From Trichoplax adhaerens (taxonomy: Eukaryota > Animalia > Placozoa): DNA of 64,000 bases. The stretch spans positions 6,811,607-6,875,606 of the forward strand of contig NW_002060945.1 in the NCBI RefSeq assembly GCF_000150275.1. Reading direction: 5' to 3'. Below the pieces are notes generated by a model that worked only from the letters and a program-made list of their open reading frames with translations, made no database searches and was not told the origin of the DNA. The translations under genes were made by a program, and so were the position numbers. Positions 16,201-29,500 of this stretch are shown here, in pieces; position 1 is the stretch's first letter, and each line of letters starts with the position of its first letter.

Positions 16201-19200
16201 ATCATGAAGATTCTTGTCCTTCTTTATCATGTTGTTCACCAATAGATAGAGCAAGAATGGAAAAGATTAACAAGGTCCACTACGGGAGACACACTTAAAA
16301 TATTGATCCAATGTCGTGATCAGCTTTGAAAAACAATTTGGACTTGCGTCTGCATGAAACTGATTCATACTATTATCCCATTCATTAACTGCATAATCGA
16401 TAAGAATAGAAAACGCAATTTCTGATCCAATTGATTAATAGGGTTAGCTAATGCAGCTAATTGAACTCAATTAATTTATGAAAATAAAGAAAAAAATAGT
16501 CAAATTGAGCTACTACCTAGAGATTATGTTATTTTTAATACTTGGAGAATAATTGATGGTTGCTTTCTCAGTATCGAAATTGAATAATTGTAAAGAGTCT
16601 TTTCGATATAAATTAGAAAACAAAAATATCTAATTAAGTATCTTTCAAAGTCCAAAATCATCTTAATGAATTCTTGGGTTTCGATAGAAATCTAATTCAG
16701 CTTGATTAGGCGATGATCATTAATACAATCATTACATCATATATTTATGACGTATTGCAAATAAAATAAACGATATCAATAGCTTATATTAAAAATTTAG
16801 CTGTAGATAGTAGCCTATATTATGGGTATCTATCTTTATTGAAGAATCAATCAACGTATGCTCTTCTTTTAACTCAATTATGTACTACGCAAACCGCAAA
16901 ATTCCATTATTTTCTCATTGATTAAATGATGGAAAATACAATAATAATAATGGGCATGAGAAAGAAATAATATTTCAGATTAACGAGACAGTCGATGGTA
17001 GGAAAAAGATGGAATGCCATGAATTCATTTTTTACACCAACCCATTCTATTCCTTTTCTGTTTTTCTTAGCAAGATCAATAGATACGTATCAAGAAAAGA
17101 AATCAAGACAATCATGACGTGACTAAAATAATATTAAGCTATTTTTCTCGTTCACCCTCGTGGTGTATTCTCGACATTGCTCCTTTTTCCATATCTAGTC
17201 TAAATGAAATAAAAATGTATCGATCAGCTTAATTAAACGTCTGATTTTTAGCATCCTCAGCCTACTACTAAAGATACTTCCGATCCATGCAATTACAGTA
17301 ATCATTTCTTCTTCGTTGTCTATACAACGACCAGAACTCTTTGAATGTTGATACTGTTAGTCATAATTTGAAGACATTGACTTAACAATAACAATTTGGT
17401 AATTTGCTGTCGCGTTGAGAACTTCTATTTATGCATTATAGCATCCTAATTATCCTATCTCATCACCTATTGAGAGGGAAACAAATTACCCATTCTGAGA
17501 ATTTTTTAAGCTTAGTTGAAGAAAATAGTGACCAAAATAGATCAGTCTATATTTATTTGAATACTGTCTCAAATATATAATGTTGATGTCGAGATTGAAA
17601 ATCATCAGAGATATCCGAAGATTTATCGAAATTATAGGCAAACAATAACGCTACCGTAGTTGGCGATCAATTAATATTGACCGACAAATGCAAACTATTC
17701 AAGGAATAAATCATCTGTCGTCTAGCTTGTGTTTGTTGATCATGCAATAAAATCATTGAATCATTAAGGTAAAGATTTTTAGTATCTTGACTATTGTCAG
17801 CATGATCGAAGTCAATGAAGATGCAAAAGTGATGATAACTGTTGCATATCCTTCTATGCATTTCTATCCATTGGTACAAGATCATTTTCATAAAAGGTAC
17901 TTGTGCATGAACCGATATTATCATCGAAATGAGAATTGAACGAGAATAGTACAGCTTTGATCGATGCTATTGGAATCAAGCTATCATCATCCATCATGAT
18001 TGATTGATATATTGATGTTACCTCGCTTAATTCATACTGTAGGTATATCAAGGCTATGATATTAAATCAACAAATGATTAATCATTCAGATAAATTGAAA
18101 TCAACATGGAAAAGTCTCTACTACGTCTGTACGTTGAATGGGAAAATATCGCGACCACCAAGGGTTCTTTTTGCACCCGATTTAAATATCAACGCTTAAA
18201 TGTTTTCTTTCTCCCCATTGTGTCTGTAGTCTTTTTTTATTTTTGTCCATTTACTATAATTAGCATTCAAAAGTTAAAAAAGCACGATTGTATTGACTGT
18301 CAGTACAAGTTGAAAATATTCCCTTACTCAATGGCAGTATCCCGCTATCGACGGTATTTTCCTATGAAAATTATCCAATTCATTTTTGAATCATCGGAAA
18401 TGAAGAAAAGAATTTATTTACTTTTACACTTGCACACCTTACTTTCTCTCGTCTACCGTGACCCTAATACGGAAACGATTACTATTAACTTAGTTGGAAA
18501 TTCTACTGGTCAATTTCGATTATTTTTAGTTATCACCGTTCTTCCTTTTCTATATCCTAAAGTAGACAGGATATATGCAGAGAGAGAGACGACTAGATAT
18601 CGATATCCCTCTTTCTCTTTATGTACTACTTTTAGAAAAAACAATTCTACTCTCTATCAGAAGTGTTCTGTTCCGTGCTATTCTTCTGTCTATCAACGTG
18701 AACAATTCTCACCGATATGGAAGATGAAATCATTGATGCATGTCTCATGTAATCTTCCCTATTCTCCAACTCGTTAAGATAGTATTGAATTGATTGTGAA
18801 AGCGTGAACAATAAGGTGGAAGGAAGAAAGAGAGGAAAAATACTTCCAATAATGAATAGTCCAATTCCAGTTGGAGTGGAAAATGCATGTTTTTCCAATC
18901 ACCTTGCATAAGCTAAGCAAATTGTTTAGCTGAAGAATGAAAAAAAAGCGATAGAAAATATTGATCAGACAGTGGCTGACGATCAAAGTAGAAATAAAAG
19001 TAATAGAAAGTAGAATAGAAATCAATGATAGGATAGACAATCAGTAAAACAAGATGGTGGAAGTGATAATAGAGGATCAAGGATACTTCGCCTCTGTTTT
19101 CAATTATACGGGATATAAGGAATAGTTGTTTTCTCGATAAGGATAGGAGAAAGGCAGGCAAGGATCAAAATTATTCTTTATGTGAATCATTCAGTGAATA

Positions 19201-20510
19201 CTGGATTTTAAACTACTTTTAAATGATTATTGTTATGGAATTTAAAAAATAAAATGGACTATTGCTGTTCCACGCTGCATAGTAGGGAAGTTTCAGTTAC
19301 TGGATTTTGCACTCAATAAATTCACTTCATTCTATTTCCTACATAAATGTCATCATAATCAAGTTATTATATCACTTGATGCGGATAAATATAAATATGG
19401 AAGTGGAATTGAGTCATTATTGGAGTTATTTTAATGAACTGGTGTGTACTCTTGATAATATTGAATGATTATACCACGCATAAGGAATGGAATGAAAAGA
19501 ATAATTAGCCCTTTAATCTAGTCAATACATGATGTTTTAACATGACGATAGAGTATTCAAATCAAGTTGAAAGCATAAAACGTTAGCGCTTGTTGCGTAG
19601 ACCAGTGATCTATTTTGCCTTGTATTCCAATCATTAGGGTGGAGAACTAATTAGTCGGTTCAAAAATAGAACTCGTCGCTATCATCCAATAGGTGTAATT
19701 AATCCTGTGAAAAGAGACGATAACCCCCCACTGCTAGAATTGAAGATGATATCGCTTATTTGGTCGATTGATCGAATTAAAAGGAGTTCCAATAAGATTT
19801 TTCCCCCTTACCCCCCCCCCCTCTCTTGATGATTGATGACTAATGATTGAATAAAAATGAATATTTTTATTTTGATATTCTTTCTGCTTTATTTTATCAT
19901 CAACACTTTCCATACCGATCGTCGGTAGCTAATGATAATAATTTATTTCCTCGACTTTAATGCATTGATAGCAAGAGAGAGAGAAAAAAAACTCTTTCTC
20001 TATGTCACGCACTCACGCACATCGAGATAGGACACAAACTCTCTTTCCTCCATCAACAGTGTCGGTGGATCCTTGTTTCCTACTTTGCATTAACTCCCAC
20101 TCTCTCTCTCTCCTTCATTCTTTTTTTTTTTCTCCGTCATAACCCACTCAATGTGGATTTCAATAGTAATCCATTTCCAAGCACCATAGGAACTGTTTTA
20201 ACGACTAACTTGTATTACCCACTGTTCAATGTGTTACAAAGTATTTGCTGTTAATGGATGACAGATTTGTAATATTACTGTTGTTAGAATGTGAAGTCAT
20301 GCTTGAATTTTTCCAGCCCCTCCATTGAATTACTAATAGAAATGAATGCCAACTATGAGTCAAATTGGTAATTACTCTAATGATTACATAAATAATTAGA
20401 TAGCCCGCCAAACATACCGCTGAAGATCAGAGGGAAATTAACTCATGTAAACAATCAATCAATATTGTTCATCAATATTAGGTCATACAATGTATTGTGG
20501 AAGGCCACAC

Positions 20511-20911
20511 TATATAAAGAAGCGAGCTGGCCTTTCACGAATCATAAATCAACTCGTCGTTGGCAAAGAGCTAAGAACTCGTAGAATTCAAACTTGACTC
20601 GTCTCATTAGTTACCTTTAGTCGAAAGAGCAAAGGAATTGATCTCCATTTTGCTTGTGATTCTCCTCAACCCCACCTGCTGTGTTGAAATTGTCATTTGG
20701 ATCGTTCAAAATTCGATTCCTCCTACCTCATCTTGTCAAGTACCTATTGCAAGTCATTACTACTCCTGCCATTATCCTCCATTGCATTTTGGACCATTAA
20801 CAAGAGGGGAAAAAAAAAAATTTTTTTTCTTGTTTTTTGACGGACTCATTGAGACAAGCCTTCTGTATCTCTCCACTGCATTATCATTGCAATTCTTCCT
20901 TTCTTCTTCTG
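20511..20911 (+). promoter_or_regulatory. Putative follistatin TATA box and non-coding first exon
   Basis: TATATAAA at 20511-20518. About 370 nt with no ATG follow, ending at donor G|GTAAGT (20912). Matching acceptor TCTAG at 21762-21766 lies 40 nt before the follistatin ATG. GA/CT and poly-C tracts sit upstream at 19800-20130. Confidence 0.65.
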
Positions 20912-21806
20912 GTAAGTTAAGTAGTAATCTCACGTTCATCAATAAGGTGAATAATTTGGAGGAAAATTGTATACAATCAATAGTCATCAGTTCAAGTTGG
21001 TCATCAATTTATTGTCTACTCGCCATTGACCGATACAATATAGTCAATAAAAATGATCGATCAACAGTTTCCCATACTTTCTCAATCTATTGTGTTTTTC
21101 TTCTCCCTTCTTCTGTCGTTCATTGCAGTAAAGCTCCGTAGGCGCAGCGAGTTGTGCCTTACTATCATCATTTATTGGATAGGGCATGGCCAATTGGCCA
21201 TGCTGGTTTTATTCATCAATTCAATCTTGATTAGACTCCTCCCATGTCTAAAATCAGATTCTTTTTACGCTATCTTAGTCATTTTTTTTGTATTGATTCA
21301 AGATGCCAGCCTACTTGATTCGATGTTTTCTTATTATGATAATGATCAAATCTTGTAATATACAACATGATAAACTTGTTTTATCTTGACTTATTATTAA
21401 TGTCAATAAGTCGATTTGATCATCATCGTTCCGTTTCTTTCTGACTCATTCATCTTTTCTTTTTCAAATTTACAATGAATGGGATACATCTATACCAACC
21501 TATATGTCTCTTTAACTTTTATAGTCAATAGATTACTCCATCTATTCGTCTGCTTTCTAATAATGACATGTTTAAATAATAGACAAAATGATTTGAATTC
21601 TTGGAATAGAATACGCGTATTTTTAGACTACTGCTTCAAAAGTGCACAGGATATATGTATATATATACCCCATGCATAGTTGTTCTTTTCCTAGTCTACG
21701 TTTCCACGCCATTGCTATCCATTAGTCATTCATTGAACATTTTTAATGCTTGATTTTACAATCTAGATTTATAACTGATTGAATTATTAACAAGATACCA
21801 AGCAAC

Positions 21807-24800
21807 ATGACGACCCAATTGAATTTATTCTTCGCAATGGTCATCATCTCCACCATCATGACTTCAATCCAAGGTAAGGACCCTTTTCAAAAGGGATATT
21901 TATCGACATGATGACTTGTTCAAAATACAGCGTACTGTCCAACTTGATCGATTCTCAGTAGTCAAAGAGAAACGTATAGATTAATCGATTAAACTTGTTC
22001 CCCTTATTATTGCTATCATCATCTTTGGCGATCATCACCACAATGCCATGATGAAATTAAAATGATATTTGCTAGAAATAGATGTCTACCTTCATTTCAT
22101 GTAGTGCCAGCTAGATTAATTTACCGGATGATGTTACGCATTAATTATGCTTACATTCATCTCCAGTAATATTCTATCATCTTTGACCATCACAACAAGC
22201 CATTTAAAGAGTATATATCATACTACAAATTATCATATAGCACACTAGCAGTTGTGATGTTACAGTTATTAAATTACTAAAATGAATAATTGAATCAATG
22301 GTAGCGAAGGTGGGTGTGACAAGAAAAACGTGAAAGTATTCATAACTCTCCATTTGAACAAATAAAACGCATTGATAATGTACTACTTTGCCCATCGTAC
22401 TTGTTTAAGATAGAATATATAATTCCTTAGCACTAATTATCCACATCTAGTTGTACTATACATAATTGATGATGATGATGTTTAAAAGAAAAAAAATTTA
22501 CATCACAAGTTCATGGTGTCAGCTAGCTTGTCTTAATCTAGTACATTATTTATAATATTTATAGGCTACAATATTTTATCGATAGCTAATTTATAATTAT
22601 TATTAATAGCTAAAGAATTTTATTTTCTACTCTTCAATAGCTTGAAGTAATTCATTTTTTTCATCCATAGCTAATTTGCAATTATTATTCATAGCTAGAG
22701 AATTTATTTTCTACTTATTTAATACCGCGACTTGAAGTAACGTAGTTTATAATTCTTGCTGTAAATGACCTACATCACATTATTTCTAAACACTCGATAG
22801 TTGAATAACGATAATAATCATACTATCGGCTAAAACTATCGCTGTACTACATTAATAAGATAATTTAAAATAGGCAATATATTGTATTAACCAAATTGAT
22901 CATCTTCTACAATAATAGCTGGATCATGTTGGGTGCAAGATGATAATGGGCTATGCCGACAATTAATCACCAGTGGTAAAGCTGTCACACGTCAATCCTG
23001 TTGTAATGATGGCCGCCCAAATACTGGCTATAGAGAAGGAGACTTAGCATCGGAACAAAAGTGGGAAATATCGATTGGAATGCCACTCTCTGTCATATGT
23101 TCACCATGTTACCGTAAGTCCACATTCTCTATTGTACTTAATTAGGTCAAAATAGTGCATTCATAAATTAATTGCCTTACCTCATGATGGAAGTCATGGT
23201 GCACTTTAGTACTAGGTGATGATGACCGTAGAATAGGATAATTATTATTATGCTTATTCCAATAGATGCAATAGCCTCTAGTGCATGCTTCTTCATTAGC
23301 TTTAAAGTAACGAGTTCATCCTATTCCAGTAATTGCAAAGAAACTTCTCTTAACACGTGCATGACAATAATGACTCATCGACAAGTTCAGACAAGGACAA
23401 TGAATTCAATAATTATTAGCAGAATTTTATTCAATGATGCAGTCAATTAGTTTTATTATTTTCTTAAATTACTCCGATTAAACAAGTATATCTAGTTGTA
23501 GTACATATATATGCAATACATTTAAAATACGATCGATCAGGCTTCAATATATCGTCTATTTGAATTCAAGAAGGAATATGATAAAACTCTCCTACATCTT
23601 TTTAATATCTCTATATCATGATTCGATGCATTAAAATGAATTTCTTTATTAATAGAAAATTGCTCCAAAGTCACATGCGAGACTGGACAACAATGTCAAA
23701 TGATCAATGGAGCACCCAAATGTGTTTGTAAACCTGATTGCTCAGATATTAAATATCATGGACCTGTTTGTGCACATCATGAGCAAAAAGGGTTTGTAAC
23801 TTATCCCAATATATGTGCTATGAGAAGAGATTCTTGCACCAATCGCCATGAAATAACAATTTTGTATCATGGAATTTGTTTAGGTAAGCTACAATCGTAT
23901 TGAATTTTTCAACCTATTCATTGAATTGTTCTATGTAGGGAGAAATGACACGAATTCATTTTGATCAATGTTTCATTCAGCTCTTATAAATTATTACTCA
24001 TTATTTTTTGAATCGATTTTTTTCTCATAGATTCTTGCGAATTTATCCGTTGCTCTCCCAATGAAATGTGTTATCCTAAGACAAGCTTTACGCCTAAAGC
24101 AATGTGTGTCTCCTGTAAAATCAATCCCAGATGTCCAAAAGATCACTCTGCTAATGAGCATGTTTGTGGCACTGATGGTCGCACTTATGTTAACGAATGT
24201 GCATTGAGGAAAGTCATTTGCAGAAGAGGTGTAGAAGTTCAAGTTGCTTACAAAGGAAAATGCCACAGTAAGTATTTTATCCTAATAATATCATATGGCC
24301 AAATATTTACTTAACTACTTGTACAAAGGGGAAATTTTACCCTTCTACTAGTACTGGTACTGATAAATGAGTGGATATTAAAACTAATAATTTGTTTATG
24401 GACTATTATTATCTCTACGTCAAGCATCTAAGTTATAGTTTCATCAAATTTGTTCACACAAAGTCTTATATGATGAATTTGTATCTTGATAGGATCGAAT
24501 ACATGCCAAAATATACAATGTAGTGATGGCAAAGTTTGTTTAACCGATCCAAAGACCAATAGCCCCCGCTGCAGTACTTGTTCAAATCTTCCATGCAATG
24601 TCTCTCTCAATCATCCAATTTGTGGCAACAATGGTAAAACTTATAAAAACTGGTGTATTATGCATCAGCATTCCTGCCAAACTAAAACATTCATTAAATC
24701 ACAATATAACGGCTCTTGTAAAGGTAAATACCAATAGCTGAATCAATTACTTGTCATCAATCAGTCAACATCTATTTTCTAACAGATTATTTTTCAATGA

Positions 24801-24955
24801 TAGAAAATGATGCCCACTATCGATCATTGAAAGATTCATTAGTCAGCCAAGATGAAAACTCCCCAGATAATTCCAAAATAGGAGGTGATATTGGTGTCAG
24901 CGATACTACTCCATTACCTGCTCCAATCACCGCTAGCGCTGATGGCGAAGAATAA
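21807..24955 (+). CDS. FST: Follistatin: signal peptide, N-terminal TB-like domain, three FS (FOLN+Kazal) domains, acidic tail
   Basis: Exons 21807-21873 (MTTQLNLFFAMVIISTIMTSIQ), 22919-23113 (AGSCWVQDDNGLCRQL...QSCC...CSPC), 23656-23883, 24031-24267, 24493-24723 and 24804-24955. All introns are phase-1 GT-AG. Kazal motifs GPVC...YPNIC, VCGTDGRTYVNEC and ICGNNGKTYKNWC are present. Confidence 0.93.
22582..22740. repeat. Imperfect ~85-bp direct duplication in a follistatin intron
   Basis: ATAGCTAATTT..AATTATTATT.ATAGCTA.AGAATTT..TTTTCTACT..CTTGAAGTAA occurs twice. Confidence 0.7.
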
Positions 24956-26104
24956 AAAAGAATAGACCGTAATAGCTGCACACTAAGCTGACGTAAAATT
25001 ACTATTTCATTTCCCCTCCCGATAATATGATTATTCTTAAGAAGAATTTATCAAAAGTAATATAAAATAATTTCAATTTAGAGTCTATGGGTAGCTGTTT
25101 ATTATATTGTATCTGTAATTATAATGCAAATAATTAGAAATACTCATAATTAACACTAAATTTGTGAACATGATCATTCCACTTCATATTTCATCAAATG
25201 TTGTTGTGGATGATTGAAAGTGTAGCAGTTGCAAGAGACTTTCACTTGCCTTATTTATTTTAATTAGAATGGAAAATGTAGCACTTCTATTAATCATTCG
25301 TAGGCTAAAATATTTATCTATCTACTAGTAAATTGACTATGCCTACGTAAAAGTAGACCAATATTAACTAGGGCCAATAGTAGATCAATTATTCAATTGT
25401 AATAATCAGATATTAGCGGTATAGCTTGGATAGCTATACAAAAGAGTATGATATACTCGACTAGAATTTACATTTTCATGGCATTATCCAATGTAAACGA
25501 CAAATATCGGTCGCTAAATTTCAATTTTAGAATGCTATCTAAAATTAAAACAAATTATCATTGTCACAATCATTTCAATATCACCTAGGACCACCTTGCA
25601 TTTGTTCATGCAAGTTATCCAATGATTAATTATTTCCTTACTATTGTCATTATAAAAATTATACTGTATGAAGATATGGTATTATAGCCATGACTAGCTT
25701 ACGCCCTATCATTACGTTTATAAGAGAATCTGTGCGCTGAGTCATTGTTATTCTAATTCCTATTTTAATAACATTCTGATGATATGAAAAACTGAAAGTT
25801 GTTAAATTAATGTATACTACATACTATCCAATATAATTAATTACTCCGTATTTGTGCTAGCTTCTTTCGTCGAAAGATGTACTTAGATGCCGTTACTTGT
25901 TCATTTAATAATAATATATGTTAGCATCGTCTCTAATGTCTGCAGTAATATCTCCAATGTTATCGTATTCCTCCAAGACGATGAAATTAGTCAATAAATC
26001 AGCGCGTCTATTATTAACTCATAATTTGGTCTTATGTTCGCTTTTACTGTGCATACAACCTTCAATCAATGCTGATGATGATCAATAGCATGACCATAAC
26101 AATT

Positions 26105-26550
26105 ATTACTTTTCCTAAAAGATGATATCATTTAATAGTTGATCAAATCATCGATCATAATATACTGCTAGTATATCATCAGCATGGTGATTGTTGTGAC
26201 GATTGATAGCTTTTAGAAAACATTGCATTAGTAAGATTGATCAAAGCATCGATCATGATCCTAATATAGTAGTGGTATATCATTAATATCACTAGCTTTA
26301 GCATATTAAATATTACTTTTCAGAATATTTCTTCAGTAAGGTTGATTAAATCATCGAGCATGATCCTAATATAGTGGTAGCATATCATTAATATGATGAT
26401 CGCTGTGATGATTAATAGCTTTACTATAGATATCAAATATCACTTTTCCTAAAGAATATTTCATTAGTAATACTTTTCCTCGATAACATTAGTAATGTTA
26501 ATCAAATCATCTTTTGCGACCCTGATTCTAATATCGTAGTAGTATACCAT
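26105..26550. repeat. Degenerate tandem array, about 4 units of ~100-150 bp
   Basis: Recurring variants of TTGATCAAATCATCGATCATGATCCTAATATAGTAGTGGTATATCATTAAT near 26139, 26237, 26342 and 26501. Confidence 0.7.
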
Positions 26551-29500
26551 AAATCAATTCATCTAGCCTGAAACACGGTAATGCTATTACTTTATCAAGG
26601 AATCGCTATCGTGACTAAAGCTGAAGTGAACCCTCACTAATAGTATCACTCGAATAGTAGCTAAAATATTTATCTACGTTATCCGTAAAGCGCAATCTGA
26701 TATTGTATGATATTCGAATAAAACTTCATCAATTTATGTTCTAGACTTTGTACTTTGTTAACTACAATGCTATACGATTTTATTTTCTAAATTGTGATTG
26801 ACTTATTTTATGTTGATTGTATCTATTAATATGCAGAATATCAGTATTACTTTGTGATTACAACTATAATTTAACCGACATAAATTTGAATTGGATAGCA
26901 CCCTATCATGGTAGAAATAAATTATTCTTACTTTAGCTCAAATATGTATCGGGAATTTTAAAACATGTTTTAATCAGTATCATTATCTTAAACATACGGA
27001 AGTCAACCAATAGTAGTCATATACAACAGTAATGCTTCATTTTATCGTCGATTACTGCCAATTGAGAGAATGAAATAACATAAATAATTTTTGTTTGTTA
27101 CGGTTGATAAAGATTTCTAGAATTCGTTAATTAAGATGACATTTAAGGAGTTTTATATTCGAAATATGGGAATGATGAGATCGATTTTGAAATTTTTATA
27201 ACCTTGCTACTGCCAGTAAGTATCATAGACAAAATTGTTTCCTATGTTAACCCGGAATTGCAAGAATTTATTCAAGATTTGGATGTACAATGATTTGTAC
27301 ATTTCATTCAAAATGTAGATGTTTAAGAGCAGAAATTAGCATTTGATGCTAAACCGGCCTTTACAAGAGATTCTAAGTATGCTATTTTTGCTAGCCTACA
27401 AATGGAACAAAATGGTGCAATATTCTTTTAGCTGAAAATTTTTAACTAATATTCATTTCTATATGTTAGTGCTGTAGGATTGATCAATTTTGTTTTATAA
27501 TAAAGATATCTGAACAAAGTTAATATCGCTGATATTAACTCATTACAATCAACAGAAACAACATTAACTTAATTGTTTAACTAATATCGAAAATAAATAC
27601 TATGCAATCGATTCCAGTTAAAATTGGAAGCAAATGACAATCACTTCATAACTTATTCAATTATAGTAATCAGTATTTTTACTTAAAAAGAATTAAGGTA
27701 ACCTCGATTTAAATCTCTTCATGCATGGGTGCTATTATAACGATTGTCGAATATCGTCACAATAAATAAAAATAACAAAACGATACTTTCATTTTATTGT
27801 GCTATTTTTTCGCATGAATGAGCTTGTATATGATGTATAAAAATAACTGTAGCTTAACATTTAGAATAAATATACAAAGCTAATTGAATGGATTGACGGT
27901 ACATAGTAGTAATAATGCAACAATAATATCGGAGGATGGACTATTCTTTAAAAATTGATTGTAAAAAACTATAAGTAGAAGTAAGAATACCGGCATATCT
28001 ACTTCTAGTTATGCGCATCAAATTAGGGCTTAAAATTTCTTTGTTAAAAGATTGGAGGCGGAAGGGAAACAAGTTGAAAGGTAAAGATATTAATAGGAAA
28101 TCATGTCTAGCAAAAGAATGTATTGATAATCTGTCATCTTCTCTGTACAGTAAGTAGTATTATATGAACTAGCCCTATTTACCGGATAATCTTGCCCACC
28201 TTATTTTTACTTCATGAAATTAAGTGAATCTGAAGAAAATCCCCCTCCTGCCTTGAAAGATGTACGAAGTACTTTTGACATAGAAGAGTGCATGCATTTT
28301 GATAGTATCGATCATAATTATTTTTATATCAATCAGCGGTATGAAATAAACCATAAAGTATGCGGTATTTAGTCCCGATATAAATGCATTACGGTATACG
28401 TACATTGAATTTATGTTGTTATGTTCATGAATGCTAAACAAGAGCTATATCATGAAAATCAGTGCTAGTAATTTCTGGTTTCAATTCCGGCACCAGAATT
28501 ACCGTAAAGTGTTACAAAGAGAACGGCGGTTGCTGGCAACTCTTAATCGGAAATTGTCACTAAAGTTTATCCAACATACTTGCATATTGTCAGTTATCTC
28601 TAGAGCTTATAATATTATTGCATAATACATACAGAAAGGTTAAAAAGAAGATATATCCGTCGGTATCGCATTAAGGTAAAGCGACTATAAAAGGTAATCA
28701 AAATTGCTACACTCAATGCCATTATTCGGCAAAACTTGAATCATTGTTAAGCACCAATAAGAAATAAGTATCCGTCTATAATGTAATCTCAAAATTGTTC
28801 GTGTTTGTCGGTAAGTTTATGCGATTATGAATTGCATTAGGCGGAAGAACTGCGGTAATTTATATGGTAAATGGGCAAAGTAAACAAGAAGTCATAATTC
28901 TAGCCATTTTATAAATATTCCTTTTACACATCCAGCAACGAATATTTTATCTTGGCTTATTTAAATACCGACTCCAATTGCTTGCGTACATATCCTTTAA
29001 TTTATTAATAGTAATCTATTAATATTTTTGTAAACTTTCTTATGGCGTCTTACTGTAAGATGGTTTAACAATTAGTGTATTGATAGTGAATTACTGTATA
29101 CTACTTCTTACGATTAATTGCATCTTGTACTAATAGATGTGCAAGAGACTTTGATAAGTATTAATGTAATCTATATGTAAATGGAAATACATTGAACAAA
29201 TTTTAAAGGTTGAATATACTTGAAAATATATGGTTCAACAGATATTATCTAGAGTAATTATTGGGGTGGAGCACTGTAATATTTAATTTTAGATAACTGT
29301 GTTATCGAAAAGATAAAACCACGCAAATCTTTTCGCTATAAATATCATCATAAAGTTTCGTTTTAGGATAGAATAATAGCAGCAAATGGGATTGAGCGCT
29401 TTAAAGTTTTAATTTTAGGTAGCCAAGCTATTGAAGGGACATTGATCACGCAAATTATTTTGCTATAAATATTATCATAAAGCTTTATTTTTAGCGTGCA

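Noticed and set aside
18106-18777. 223-aa ORF upstream of follistatin
   Set aside because: Composition mirrors AT-rich non-coding DNA (F/I/L/S/Y rich); no recognisable domain or supporting exon structure.
20638-21358. 167-aa and 101-aa ORFs near the follistatin promoter
   Set aside because: The first lacks an ATG start and runs across a splice donor and A/T homopolymers; both are better explained as 5' UTR and intron.
26105-26550. CRISPR-like repeat-spacer array
   Set aside because: Eukaryotic context, degenerate units of variable length, no unique spacers and no cas genes.
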